DNA of 64,000 bases. It comes from an uncultured virus (IMG/VR IMGVR_UViG_3300030333_002313) (lineage: Duplodnaviria; Heunggongvirae; Uroviricota; Caudoviricetes). The notes beneath the pieces are model-generated. The model saw only the letters and a list, made by a program, of their open reading frames with translations. It was not told the DNA's origin and did no database searches. The position numbers and the translations under genes were made by a program. The number at the start of each line of letters is the position of its first letter. The first letter of the stretch is position 1. The stretch lies in IMG/VR virus record IMGVR_UViG_3300030333_002313; one strand, 5' to 3'. Positions 16,735 to 25,900 of the stretch are shown in pieces.

Positions 16735-18087
16735 TTATTTACCAAAGTTAGGGAAATGTTTTTTGAATAAAGCAGATGCTTCTTTGTGCTTACCTTTGTT
16801 TGTAAGATCTTTAGTTTGCTTAAGAACTTCAGACTTCTTCTTTTGCTCAGGAGTCTTCTCTTCTTCTAAGTCCCAACCTAAACGCTCTCTCCAAGAGTTA
16901 GCATTAGGGTCGAGTGCTTTTCTATCGTGAGCAGCAGTTTCTTGCATCGCAAGTATCTGACGTACACGGTTTACCTTGTTATCCATAGTGGAGTCTTCTC
17001 CAAGTTTTCTTGCTAGTTTATCGGAACCCTTAGAAACAGCACGTGAGGTTTTACCCACGACCTTTTTGAGACCTCTACCTATCGCACCTGCTGCACGACG
17101 TAATAGAGATTTTTTCTTGGGTTTTTGTTCACCAGATCCACCATCACCACTCTTTGTTGTAGTAGTGGTTGTTGTGGTTGTAGAAGAAGAACTACCAGAT
17201 CCACCAGAAGATCCACCAGAGGAACTAGAACTAGATCCTACTGCTTTGGATTTGCCCTTAAGACCACGCTCTCTACCTTTAGAGAACTCTTTCTTAGTAG
17301 TTGAAGCTGCACGTTGTGCTAAACCAGTAGCATAACCTGCACCTTTAACTGCACCTTTAGCAACAGATTTCGCACCAGACTTAATTGCTGATCCTACTCT
17401 CTTAGCAGCATTGCCAAGACGAGCCATACGGCTAGGCTTATCAGACTTCTTGTCTGCTAAACGCTTCTTAGCAATTGCACCAGCATCACGTTCTTTCTTT
17501 TTATCTGGTGCTTGCACTGCAACATTAGGGAATGCTGAATGCTTTGATGGGGCTTCTGTTAGAAGCTCTAGACCTTCGAAGGAATCTAAAGCCTCATTAA
17601 TTAATTCTTCGGAGTCCAGTTCGCTTAGTGCTTCGAGGATAACATTCTCCAGATCCTCATCAGTTAACTCATCGAACTCATCACCTAATTCTTCTACGAC
17701 ATCAGAGATCCAATCGGTTTCTTCTTTCTGGACTACATTAGTACCAGTACCAGGAACTCCTTTGTAACCTACTTTCTTCGCATCGCCTTTTGCTTCAATA
17801 GACTTCATTGCAGGGGAAGTAGATCCCTCAGTAGATGGCTTCTCTTTGATCTTGTCAATCTTACCACTGGCAGCACTTGGCTTAGCACTAATAGTGTTTG
17901 CATTGGAGGTCTCACCTAAAAAGATCTCTGCTATCTCCAACTTGGCACTAGACTTACAGTGCTCTTGAATATAATCCTGCACAGCATCGCCTTGAAAATT
18001 ATTCTGAGCATAAGATACTGTGTAACGTACCGCTTGTACGTCTGAAGGATCATACTTCAGGAGTTTTGACGTAAGAGTTAAATCCAT
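16735..18087 (-). CDS. Putative internal virion protein with an acidic block, amphipathic basic helices and an S/G/T linker
   Basis: 450 aa; late box CTAAATA at 18110-18116. Confidence 0.65.
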   Translation of the reverse strand: MDLTLTSKLLKYDPSDVQAVRYTVSYAQNNFQGDAVQDYIQEHCKSSAKLEIAEIFLGETSNANTISAKPSAASGKIDKIKEKPSTEGSTSPAMKSIEAKGDAKKVGYKGVPGTGTNVVQKEETDWISDVVEELGDEFDELTDEDLENVILEALSELDSEELINEALDSFEGLELLTEAPSKHSAFPNVAVQAPDKKKERDAGAIAKKRLADKKSDKPSRMARLGNAAKRVGSAIKSGAKSVAKGAVKGAGYATGLAQRAASTTKKEFSKGRERGLKGKSKAVGSSSSSSGGSSGGSGSSSSTTTTTTTTTKSGDGGSGEQKPKKKSLLRRAAGAIGRGLKKVVGKTSRAVSKGSDKLARKLGEDSTMDNKVNRVRQILAMQETAAHDRKALDPNANSWRERLGWDLEEEKTPEQKKKSEVLKQTKDLTNKGKHKEASALFKKHFPNFGK

Positions 18088-18108
18088 CTGACTAATTCTT
18101 TGTAATTA

Positions 18109-19323
18109 CTATTTAGTAGGGGTTGTTTTTCGGAAATCGCTGAACTTCACTACACCCTGTCCTGGTGTTAGTGCTTGAACTGCCTTTCTGTACTCATCAG
18201 TACCGACTTTCCAAGTGTTACCTGATCCATCATCAGCAGAGAAATTTGATTGATCGTTTCTCTTGATGGAAGCATCAGCAACTTCTGTTAAACTTGTTAA
18301 CCATACTTTAAATTCCCATCCGTGTTCATCTTTGAACGTAGCATAGTTAGTACCACGTTGTACAATCTCACCACGGACACCAGTATCTGTGTGCTCTACT
18401 AGCGTACCGATACCGAATACTTCCTCAGATATATATGCTTCACGCAAATCTTCTTGAGCAAGTTTAGGTGCAATCTTCCAGAGTTCTGTAACCTTTTTCT
18501 TCTTAGGTTCAGTTTCAATTGCTTCAACTTCTACCTCTGGTGGTAGACCCATTCCAACACGAACTTCTTTCATTAATTTCTTAGCGTCCTTAAACCCTTT
18601 AGGTAACCCCTGTTCAAATGATTCAAGGTTTCCTTCAGCAGCAAACGCACGCATTTTAGATGCAGACATACCTTCGACACCTTCAGCATCGGGATCTCTC
18701 TGACCACCTGATACTACTTCAAGTTCTTCGAATTCGTATGCAACACCATTATATTTCTCAAGAAGTCCTTTGAATTCTGACACACGATCAGAACCAACAA
18801 CCATAGTGACACCAGAATAACCCTCTTGATTGAGAGTAGACAGTACGTTAAAGATGTTTGACATATCAGCATCGTTAACGATGGCATCTGAATGTTCTTT
18901 AAACATCGCTTGCATATACTGAATCTTTGTTTCTGGTTCTAGTGGATTAGATTTCCTATCCACTGTCCTACTAGGATAGATCCTGTAGTTATCAGCACCT
19001 TCAGATGCAACCTTATCTAAGAGTGCTTCGTGTCCAATAGTAGGAGGATTAAAACGACCAAATGTTAATGCGATATGTCCTAGACCTTCACCACCCTTCT
19101 CAGGAAGATGTGCATCTTCTGCTTCACCTTGGTTTGCACCTGTGGCTGCCATCTCTGCTTCCTTCTTATCCACAGCGACAAGACGCTCACCACCAACAGA
19201 CTTGGCAACTATGTTACCTTGCCTATCAGCATAGTATCCGTGACCAGCGTGTGCAAGTCCTCTCTTTGCAGCAGCTTCACCTGCTACAGTACGTGCCTCA
19301 GATAAGAATTGACTTAACTTCAT
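18109..19323 (-). CDS. HIGH-family nucleotidyltransferase (cytidylyltransferase-like) with a capsid-targeting-like leader
   Basis: FGRFNPPTIGH, VVGSDR, MSASKMR; N-terminus MKLSQFLSEA; late box ATAAATA at 19349-19355. Confidence 0.85.
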   Translation of the reverse strand: MKLSQFLSEARTVAGEAAAKRGLAHAGHGYYADRQGNIVAKSVGGERLVAVDKKEAEMAATGANQGEAEDAHLPEKGGEGLGHIALTFGRFNPPTIGHEALLDKVASEGADNYRIYPSRTVDRKSNPLEPETKIQYMQAMFKEHSDAIVNDADMSNIFNVLSTLNQEGYSGVTMVVGSDRVSEFKGLLEKYNGVAYEFEELEVVSGGQRDPDAEGVEGMSASKMRAFAAEGNLESFEQGLPKGFKDAKKLMKEVRVGMGLPPEVEVEAIETEPKKKKVTELWKIAPKLAQEDLREAYISEEVFGIGTLVEHTDTGVRGEIVQRGTNYATFKDEHGWEFKVWLTSLTEVADASIKRNDQSNFSADDGSGNTWKVGTDEYRKAVQALTPGQGVVKFSDFRKTTPTK

Positions 19324-19354
19324 CGCAATATTTTTGGTTGTCGTTTATTATTTA

Positions 19355-20548
19355 TCACCCCCAGTTCTTCTCTATATTGAAGTTGGCACGGGAAAATTCA
19401 ATACGATCAACAAGTTTGAGTGCTTTTCCAGCTCTAATGGCAACAAAACCTTCTGGTGAAGTTACTTTAAACCCAGTATCAGTCTTGAGATAGGTGCCTA
19501 CGCTCTTTACTGCATTAAGTTTCCTAATAACTATATTTTTTGCGGATATTAGGTTCATATATGATGCCACAGTCATATAAACTGCTCTAGAATTCTGCTT
19601 TAAGAACTTCTGTCCGTCTGTTTTTATCTTTTCATATTTCTTTTTAGTAGTAGGTTGTTTAACTGAAGAAATTTGCTTATCTAATAGAGTGACATAGAAG
19701 TTTTCAAATCCTGCTGCTACTTTTTGTACGTTAGCAATTGCTTTACCACCCCTTACATAAGAGTTAAAGTACTGTTTGAATAGAGCAGAGAATAAGAACC
19801 TACCATCACCTGTACCACCAAGTATATCTAAGAACTTAGATGCTTGCTTCAATGATCCTACTGTCTTATTAACCTGAGCATTGAAGGCAGTCTTCTCTTT
19901 TGGTGTGAACGTTGACTGTCCTGACACATCTTTAAACGTAGCAGTACCTGAGAATACCTTAGTAGTCTTAGTAAAACTTCCACTAACGTCACCCAATACT
20001 GCATTCATAGATGCCATATCAGAACCACTATATTTTGTATGGAATACAATACCAAACTCTGCAGCATTAACTTCCTTATAGATATCAGATCCTTTCTCTA
20101 CACAATAGGTAATAGTATTAGGTGTGAAAGTAATACAAGACTTACCATCTATCCTCTTCCTAACCTTATCACCATTACTGAATAACATATCACCCTGTAG
20201 TACACCCTTAATCTTAAGTGTACTTAGATATTTCAATGCTAGTTTTAATTTCTTTGCTAGTTCACCACTATAACCGTGAAATTCTATATCACTCTCAACA
20301 TATATGATCTTAGGATTGGTCTTATTAAATACTGATTTAGTTCCCACAAAGAACGCTTCTGTCTCAGGATTGATACCACATACAATAGCAGGTGCTCCAT
20401 CCCATTTAGTAGTGACAGTAATAGCACTCTTAGGTTCTGACAACATCTTTCCCAGTTCTTTCAGGAAAGCAATAGCATTCTTACCACCATTTGATCCTTG
20501 GTTTAGGATGTCATCTTCAAGGTGTTCGAGGTGAGTGTTCTTAGCCAT
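19355..20548 (-). CDS. Conserved phage protein (DUF6267-like); putative ligase / covalent nucleotidyltransferase fold
   Basis: KWDG, LQGDMLF, SPEGFVA and LKLVD occur in the order of ligase motifs I, III, IV, V. Confidence 0.6.
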   Translation of the reverse strand: MAKNTHLEHLEDDILNQGSNGGKNAIAFLKELGKMLSEPKSAITVTTKWDGAPAIVCGINPETEAFFVGTKSVFNKTNPKIIYVESDIEFHGYSGELAKKLKLALKYLSTLKIKGVLQGDMLFSNGDKVRKRIDGKSCITFTPNTITYCVEKGSDIYKEVNAAEFGIVFHTKYSGSDMASMNAVLGDVSGSFTKTTKVFSGTATFKDVSGQSTFTPKEKTAFNAQVNKTVGSLKQASKFLDILGGTGDGRFLFSALFKQYFNSYVRGGKAIANVQKVAAGFENFYVTLLDKQISSVKQPTTKKKYEKIKTDGQKFLKQNSRAVYMTVASYMNLISAKNIVIRKLNAVKSVGTYLKTDTGFKVTSPEGFVAIRAGKALKLVDRIEFSRANFNIEKNWG

Positions 20549-20552
20549 ATGC

Positions 20553-21563
20553 TTATGCGTCCTTTAATACTATAACATTAGTTCGACCTTCCATCAATGC
20601 TTTTGGGTAAATCCCCACACGTGCACCCTTATATTTCTGTTCCAGATATGTGAATCCTCTATCCTTACGGAAGGTAGCACCAAATACTGCTTGATAACCA
20701 TCACCTTTAGTGAAAGCATCTACACCATTACGATCATTCCAAACGGTATGCTCCCATTTTAAATCCCAACAGTTATCATTTTTCCAAGTCATAACTGCAT
20801 TGCCTTGACCTAAAACGTGACAATTATTCTTACCAAATTTTGTACTATTACCATCTGCATCAGGACCAAACACTGACATACGAATTAAATTCTCATCCTT
20901 TATTTCCTTCATTACTGGTACTTGTAACTGATCCTCATCTACATACGCAGCAGTCTGTTTTAAAAATTCCTGTGTTTGTTCGTGCATTGCTATCTTCCTT
21001 CCTGCTGACTTAGACACACCACCATACTGTTGAAATGCTTTTGGACCACCTGTCTTCTTATGTGATATCCAAAATATCTCCTTACCCTTCTTATCTACGA
21101 TAGCAAAATCTGCTTTAGGTGTACCTTTAAGTTCTTCAACACCACAAGCACCTACAATATTACCTATAGGTGTACATATTGTTGCTTCTCCTAGACACTT
21201 AACTTTCTCCTTTAATATTTTATCTAATTGTTTCATAGCAGCCCGTTCTGCTTTCTTAGTATCTGTAGTCCTAGTCTTTATATCAGGTTTAAGTATATGT
21301 GATACCATAATATATCCAGGTCCAGACTGACCAACCTTAGCTAGTACACACTTGGACTTCTTGTTTGGACCACACTGAGATAGTTTAGGTGATTGTATTT
21401 TAACAAGAGTACCTTTCCTACAAGTACATTCAATCTTCTCCTTCGATGATTTATCATACATCAAAGTATCTTTAAGTAATGTCAACCTAATAGATTTCCA
21501 CTCAGGATTATCTTCTATGAGTCTAGCTCGAGCTGATGGTGTTGTAATTCCTTTATCTGCCAC
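20553..21563 (-). CDS. Putative PD-(D/E)xK restriction-like nuclease
   Basis: E..A helix followed by TPKADF...WISHK, an S-x-K variant of the catalytic motif. Confidence 0.5.
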   Translation of the reverse strand: MADKGITTPSARARLIEDNPEWKSIRLTLLKDTLMYDKSSKEKIECTCRKGTLVKIQSPKLSQCGPNKKSKCVLAKVGQSGPGYIMVSHILKPDIKTRTTDTKKAERAAMKQLDKILKEKVKCLGEATICTPIGNIVGACGVEELKGTPKADFAIVDKKGKEIFWISHKKTGGPKAFQQYGGVSKSAGRKIAMHEQTQEFLKQTAAYVDEDQLQVPVMKEIKDENLIRMSVFGPDADGNSTKFGKNNCHVLGQGNAVMTWKNDNCWDLKWEHTVWNDRNGVDAFTKGDGYQAVFGATFRKDRGFTYLEQKYKGARVGIYPKALMEGRTNVIVLKDA

Positions 21564-22137
21564 TAAAGTTGTACCAACCTGTCAAGATATATTTATCTTG
21601 TGAAGGGGATACAACTCCGTGATGTGGATGTGTCCAGTATGCTGGCCAGAATAATACATCACCACGGTTAGGTTTAAACTGTTCATTCTGTGTAGGGAAT
21701 ACTGTCTCTCCACCATCAGTAACAGTGTTTAGATATATCATCCAAGCAACAACTCTATACTCAGCATCACCATCTGTTCCACCATCATTCTCACAATGTT
21801 CTTTAAAGTATCCTTCACCTGGTTTGTAATGTTGAATCTTAAAGTTAGGTGCTATTTGCCACGCTCCTATCTTATCTAAGAATGGAAACTCTTTGATGTA
21901 TGCTTCACAAGTTTCTTTTAATACCCTAGCAACAGGTTTAAAAATGAACTGATCTACTAATAGATTTGATGAAAGAAATATCTCTGTACACTTCTTCTCC
22001 TCTGGAGATACCCTCATAGTATCACCAAACCCTAGAAGACCCTCAACTTGTTTGTCTGGGTTCTGCTTAAAATAATTAATTAAAAAGGTGCACTCGTGGG
22101 GTTCAAGTGCACCTAAGTTTTTGTGGATGTAGTTCAT
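21553..22137 (-). CDS. 2OG-Fe(II) oxygenase (prolyl 4-hydroxylase-like)
   Basis: HCE, WMIYLNTVTDGGET, WTHPHHG, KYILTGW. Confidence 0.92.
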   Translation of the reverse strand: MNYIHKNLGALEPHECTFLINYFKQNPDKQVEGLLGFGDTMRVSPEEKKCTEIFLSSNLLVDQFIFKPVARVLKETCEAYIKEFPFLDKIGAWQIAPNFKIQHYKPGEGYFKEHCENDGGTDGDAEYRVVAWMIYLNTVTDGGETVFPTQNEQFKPNRGDVLFWPAYWTHPHHGVVSPSQDKYILTGWYNFSGR

Positions 22138-22307
22138 CTTACAGTACGTTCCCAGATACCTCTGGCGTGTGTGTTGTACTCAACTAATTTTGTTGCCCAC
22201 TTTAAATCTTCAGGGGTAACTTTCCTACCCAATCTAACACTACAAGCTATGATATGTAATCTTAACCTGTAGTCTTTAGTTAGGGTAGCGTCTTCAAATG
22301 TCTCCAT
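22134..22307 (-). CDS. Hypothetical protein
   Basis: Likely start at METFEDATLTKDYRLRL. Confidence 0.65.
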   Translation of the reverse strand: METFEDATLTKDYRLRLHIIACSVRLGRKVTPEDLKWATKLVEYNTHARGIWERTVR

Positions 22308-22944
22308 CAGCACGGTTTTCCGACTTCTCAACACTGAATTCTTCATCAGGATATCTCGCTGCTAGTTTAACTGTGTTACGAATGATTACCTCTTCAAAAC
22401 GTACTCCTAATGCCATACAAGCATTAGCAGCATACCATAATACATCACCCAGTTCTACGATAAGATGTTCTTTGTTTGCTTCATTATATGGTTTGCCTTG
22501 GAACTTCATCTTCTTGACGATCTCCATAAACTCACCTGACTCAGCAACTAAACCAGATGCTGCAGTGTCTAAACGTGCTATGTTACAACCTGCAGTCTTA
22601 AGGTCTTCGTACCTCTCTAGTAATTTATCATAGTTTTTACTTTCATCACTCGTAACAAGATCAACAAAGTGGAGATAGTTATCTAAATCTACCTCAAACT
22701 TCTTGTTCTTTTTGTTCTTTTTCTGCTTTGCTTCCTGACGTGCTTTGACTTCTTTTGCTTTAGGTGTTGGTGGTTCACCAAATCCTTTTACAGTCTTGTC
22801 AATATCTTTAGGAGTTGGTACCTTAGTCTTACCAATGTTAGTCTTCATATCATCTTGCATCTGATCCTTCAGAGAAGCGTGATCAGGCAAGTCCACCTTA
22901 TTGAGATCCTTTAGAACCTCATTTACATCTTTAGATTCAGTCAT
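22294..22944 (-). CDS. mazG: MazG-like nucleoside triphosphate pyrophosphohydrolase
   Basis: ESGEFMEIVKK, ELGDVLWY, KLAARYP. Confidence 0.95.
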   Translation of the reverse strand: MTESKDVNEVLKDLNKVDLPDHASLKDQMQDDMKTNIGKTKVPTPKDIDKTVKGFGEPPTPKAKEVKARQEAKQKKNKKNKKFEVDLDNYLHFVDLVTSDESKNYDKLLERYEDLKTAGCNIARLDTAASGLVAESGEFMEIVKKMKFQGKPYNEANKEHLIVELGDVLWYAANACMALGVRFEEVIIRNTVKLAARYPDEEFSVEKSENRADGDI

Positions 22945-24332
22945 ACTTTAAAGTCTTTGAATGATGTTTTAGTTTCAGGAAGTATAGCAAGTATATCACC
23001 TGCTTCTACTTGTTCTTTAGTCTGATTAGCATCAATTATATCAGACTGATCGTTACAATCATACAACCTCATCTTGTTCCTGTCAATACCTAATGCGAAT
23101 CTTTTATTAGCAGTGGGGTCATTGTACCGATTCTTCAGTTGCTTGACCATAATTTTATTCTCGTTCTCAAGATCCTCAGAGGATATAAGTGCAAACATAA
23201 AGTCAGCAGTAGCAGGGAGTCCAAAAGACTCACTGGTATCGGTAAGATCAACGTCTGAGTTTCCATAGCCTGCCCTCGTAGTTTGTGTTGCAGATATAAT
23301 AGGGAGGTCTGCTTCTACAGCAAGTCCTCTCAGTTCTTCAGCGATTGCTTTCACATATGTGTATGAGTTAACTATCGCTCCTTTATATCTGGAACTGGCA
23401 CAAATATTTAGGTAATCGATGTAAATTATGTCGGGAATGAAGCTTTTTTTAATCGCTAACTCTTGAAGCAATGCTTTGAAATGTCCTACGTGTGCTGATG
23501 CAGTTGGATACTCCTTAACAATCAATCTACCTTGTGTCTTTGCTTGTAACTTCTCTATCTTTTTATCAAACATAATCTTAGGTAGTTTCTCTAACTGCCT
23601 ACAGTCTACGTTCAAAAGATTTGCATCTATCCTCTCTGCAATTTTCTCTTCAGCCATCTCCATAGTGATATAGAGTACGTTCTTGCCGAGAGATAAGTTA
23701 CTAGCAGCACAGTGGCACATAAAGAGAGACTTACCCACACCAGTACCTGCAAGAGCAACGTTGAGAGTCTTGTTAGGAAGACCACCTTTTGTAATCTTGT
23801 TGAAGAATTCCAGATCGAAAGGTATCTTGTCCTCACGTCTATGGTAGAAGGCGAATCTATCGTCTGCTTGTTCAAAGTAATCGTGTCCTACTGAGTTATC
23901 GAAACTAACACCCAACGCATTACTTAAAATGGATGGGATAGCATCTCTACTCATATTAGAATCTGCCTGACCATCAGCGATCTGAATTGATTCTAATAGA
24001 GCAATGTAAATAGCACGATCACGACACCACTTTTCTGTAGTATCTACTAACCATTTGGACTCGTGTGGTTCCTCATTGAGATAGGATATCTGATCCTTTA
24101 TCTCCTTATACTGTGAATCATTTAGGTCAGAACGATTCTCTATCTCAATAGTAAGTGCTTCCTTACTAGGGAGTTGATCGTACTTGACCATATATTGTGA
24201 TAGTTCTTCAAAGAGAACCTTGTTATTATACTGTTCAAAATATTCCTTCTTTAGATGAGGTAGTACTTGACGTGTATACTCCTTATTAAATACCAGAGTA
24301 TTAATTACCAGTCCTTCAATTGAGTCAGACAT
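22941..24332 (-). CDS. gp41: Replicative helicase (T4 gp41)
   Basis: AGTGVGKS, IDYLNI, SESFGLPATAD, QLKNRY. Confidence 0.98.
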   Translation of the reverse strand: MSDSIEGLVINTLVFNKEYTRQVLPHLKKEYFEQYNNKVLFEELSQYMVKYDQLPSKEALTIEIENRSDLNDSQYKEIKDQISYLNEEPHESKWLVDTTEKWCRDRAIYIALLESIQIADGQADSNMSRDAIPSILSNALGVSFDNSVGHDYFEQADDRFAFYHRREDKIPFDLEFFNKITKGGLPNKTLNVALAGTGVGKSLFMCHCAASNLSLGKNVLYITMEMAEEKIAERIDANLLNVDCRQLEKLPKIMFDKKIEKLQAKTQGRLIVKEYPTASAHVGHFKALLQELAIKKSFIPDIIYIDYLNICASSRYKGAIVNSYTYVKAIAEELRGLAVEADLPIISATQTTRAGYGNSDVDLTDTSESFGLPATADFMFALISSEDLENENKIMVKQLKNRYNDPTANKRFALGIDRNKMRLYDCNDQSDIIDANQTKEQVEAGDILAILPETKTSFKDFKV

Positions 24333-24897
24333 AATGCGAATAAGTTCCTACTAAGTACTTGTCATCAGATATTGTTGGTTCCCCCGAATGTGGAAAGCAC
24401 CACAGTGGAGGGAATATAAGAAGTCTACCTTGCTTGGGAGTGATTGTCAATCCATCAAACTTAGTTTCTCCACCTTCCTCAACATCATTCAGATACCAGA
24501 ACATAGTCAGGAACCTCTTAGCACTCATATGATCTGCAACATCAACGTGTCTTTCAAATCTATCATCAGTACCTTTACGATACTTCTTCATCCTAAACTG
24601 TTCTAATGAACTTCTGTTAGGGAAGAAGTTCCTACACTCATTCTCATCCATATACTGCTTCACAAATTCGTGAGCAGAATTAATGAGAGCATACTGTATG
24701 ATGTCCCAATCACCACGGTTCTCTTGATCTTCTTTCTTATCAAGATACTCTGTGATATTGAACTGAGTAAACTGAGGACAACCTTCCCTATCCCAATCTT
24801 CAAGATCTTCTTGTTGATCGAATAGTTTTATAGCGTGTTTACAAACTTCAACTGGAATGGCATCATCATAAGTTTTTACAAACTTACTAAGTTCCAT
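24325..24897 (-). CDS. 2OG-Fe(II) oxygenase
   Basis: [21 protein letters not shown]. Confidence 0.92.
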   Translation of the reverse strand: MELSKFVKTYDDAIPVEVCKHAIKLFDQQEDLEDWDREGCPQFTQFNITEYLDKKEDQENRGDWDIIQYALINSAHEFVKQYMDENECRNFFPNRSSLEQFRMKKYRKGTDDRFERHVDVADHMSAKRFLTMFWYLNDVEEGGETKFDGLTITPKQGRLLIFPPLWCFPHSGEPTISDDKYLVGTYSHYV

Positions 24898-25900
24898 ATG
24901 CGAACTCCTTCTTGGCACACTCATCTAGTGCTTGCATTACTTCGGGGGTGAAGTACTTGTCAGGATCTTTGAGCATAGCAGAAGGATATACGCTAGAATC
25001 GCCAACAACAATACGGTTCCCTTTACGCTCGAAAACTCCATATTTCTCACCCAGTTCCAGTAGTCCGTAGTATGGATCAAGTCCTCTCTCATCATAGAAT
25101 AACCTCGTAGAAATTTTTGCACTCTCTTTTGTGAACCTACTCTTCTTCGTTTCACATTTAATAATGTTACCAATCACTTCCTTACCATCTTTCTCTTTAG
25201 ATTTACTCAAGAATATGATAGTAGATGCAGCATATTTTAATCCACTTCCACCACCCATTTCTTTCGTAGGCATATAAGCACCTACAACATCATAGGTATG
25301 GTTGGTAACTATTAAGGGAATATTGCATTTTGATAGTTTAAGTGTAAGAACTCTAAAGATTGACTTAACAACTTGTGCTCTAGTCATATCTCTAGTCTCT
25401 TTACCTGCTTCACTATCCTCAATCTCTTTGGTTGTTGATAACATACCAAGAGAGTCAAGAACAAATAACATAGGAGGATGATTCTTATCCTTCAATAAGT
25501 TATCTGCTACCATCAATGCTTGTTGTCTGAACTGTTGAACTGTTACCACAGGTATGATAACGACACGTTTGGTATCTACACCACGATCAGACAATAGATC
25601 TTTACTGATAGCACCTTCTGATTCAAAGAATGCTACACCTGCTTCTGGATGTGTCTTGAGGAAGTGTTTAATAACACTGATCGTGAAGAACGTTTTACCT
25701 GTAGAGGACTCACCAGCCAACGCAGTAATCTTGTTGGAAGGTATACCACCATATATGGAACCGCTAACAAGAGCATTAAAAATGTAACTTCCAGTGTCAA
25801 TAAAAGAAGATACATCGCCAGCAGCAAGACCGTCGTCAGCGATTGAAGCGTATTCATTATCAATGGATTTAATAATATCTTTTAAAAAGGATGTGGTCAT
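24887..25900 (-). CDS. uvsX: RecA-like recombinase
   Basis: [22 protein letters not shown]. Confidence 0.97.
   Translation of the reverse strand: MTTSFLKDIIKSIDNEYASIADDGLAAGDVSSFIDTGSYIFNALVSGSIYGGIPSNKITALAGESSTGKTFFTISVIKHFLKTHPEAGVAFFESEGAISKDLLSDRGVDTKRVVIIPVVTVQQFRQQALMVADNLLKDKNHPPMLFVLDSLGMLSTTKEIEDSEAGKETRDMTRAQVVKSIFRVLTLKLSKCNIPLIVTNHTYDVVGAYMPTKEMGGGSGLKYAASTIIFLSKSKEKDGKEVIGNIIKCETKKSRFTKESAKISTRLFYDERGLDPYYGLLELGEKYGVFERKGNRIVVGDSSVYPSAMLKDPDKYFTPEVMQALDECAKKEFAYGT

Noticed and set aside
17140..17240. Short tandem repeats (GTT/GTA, GATCCACCAGA) as a contingency locus or CRISPR-like array
   Set aside because: They are imperfect in-frame codon repeats encoding a Ser/Gly/Thr linker, with no constant repeat-spacer structure.
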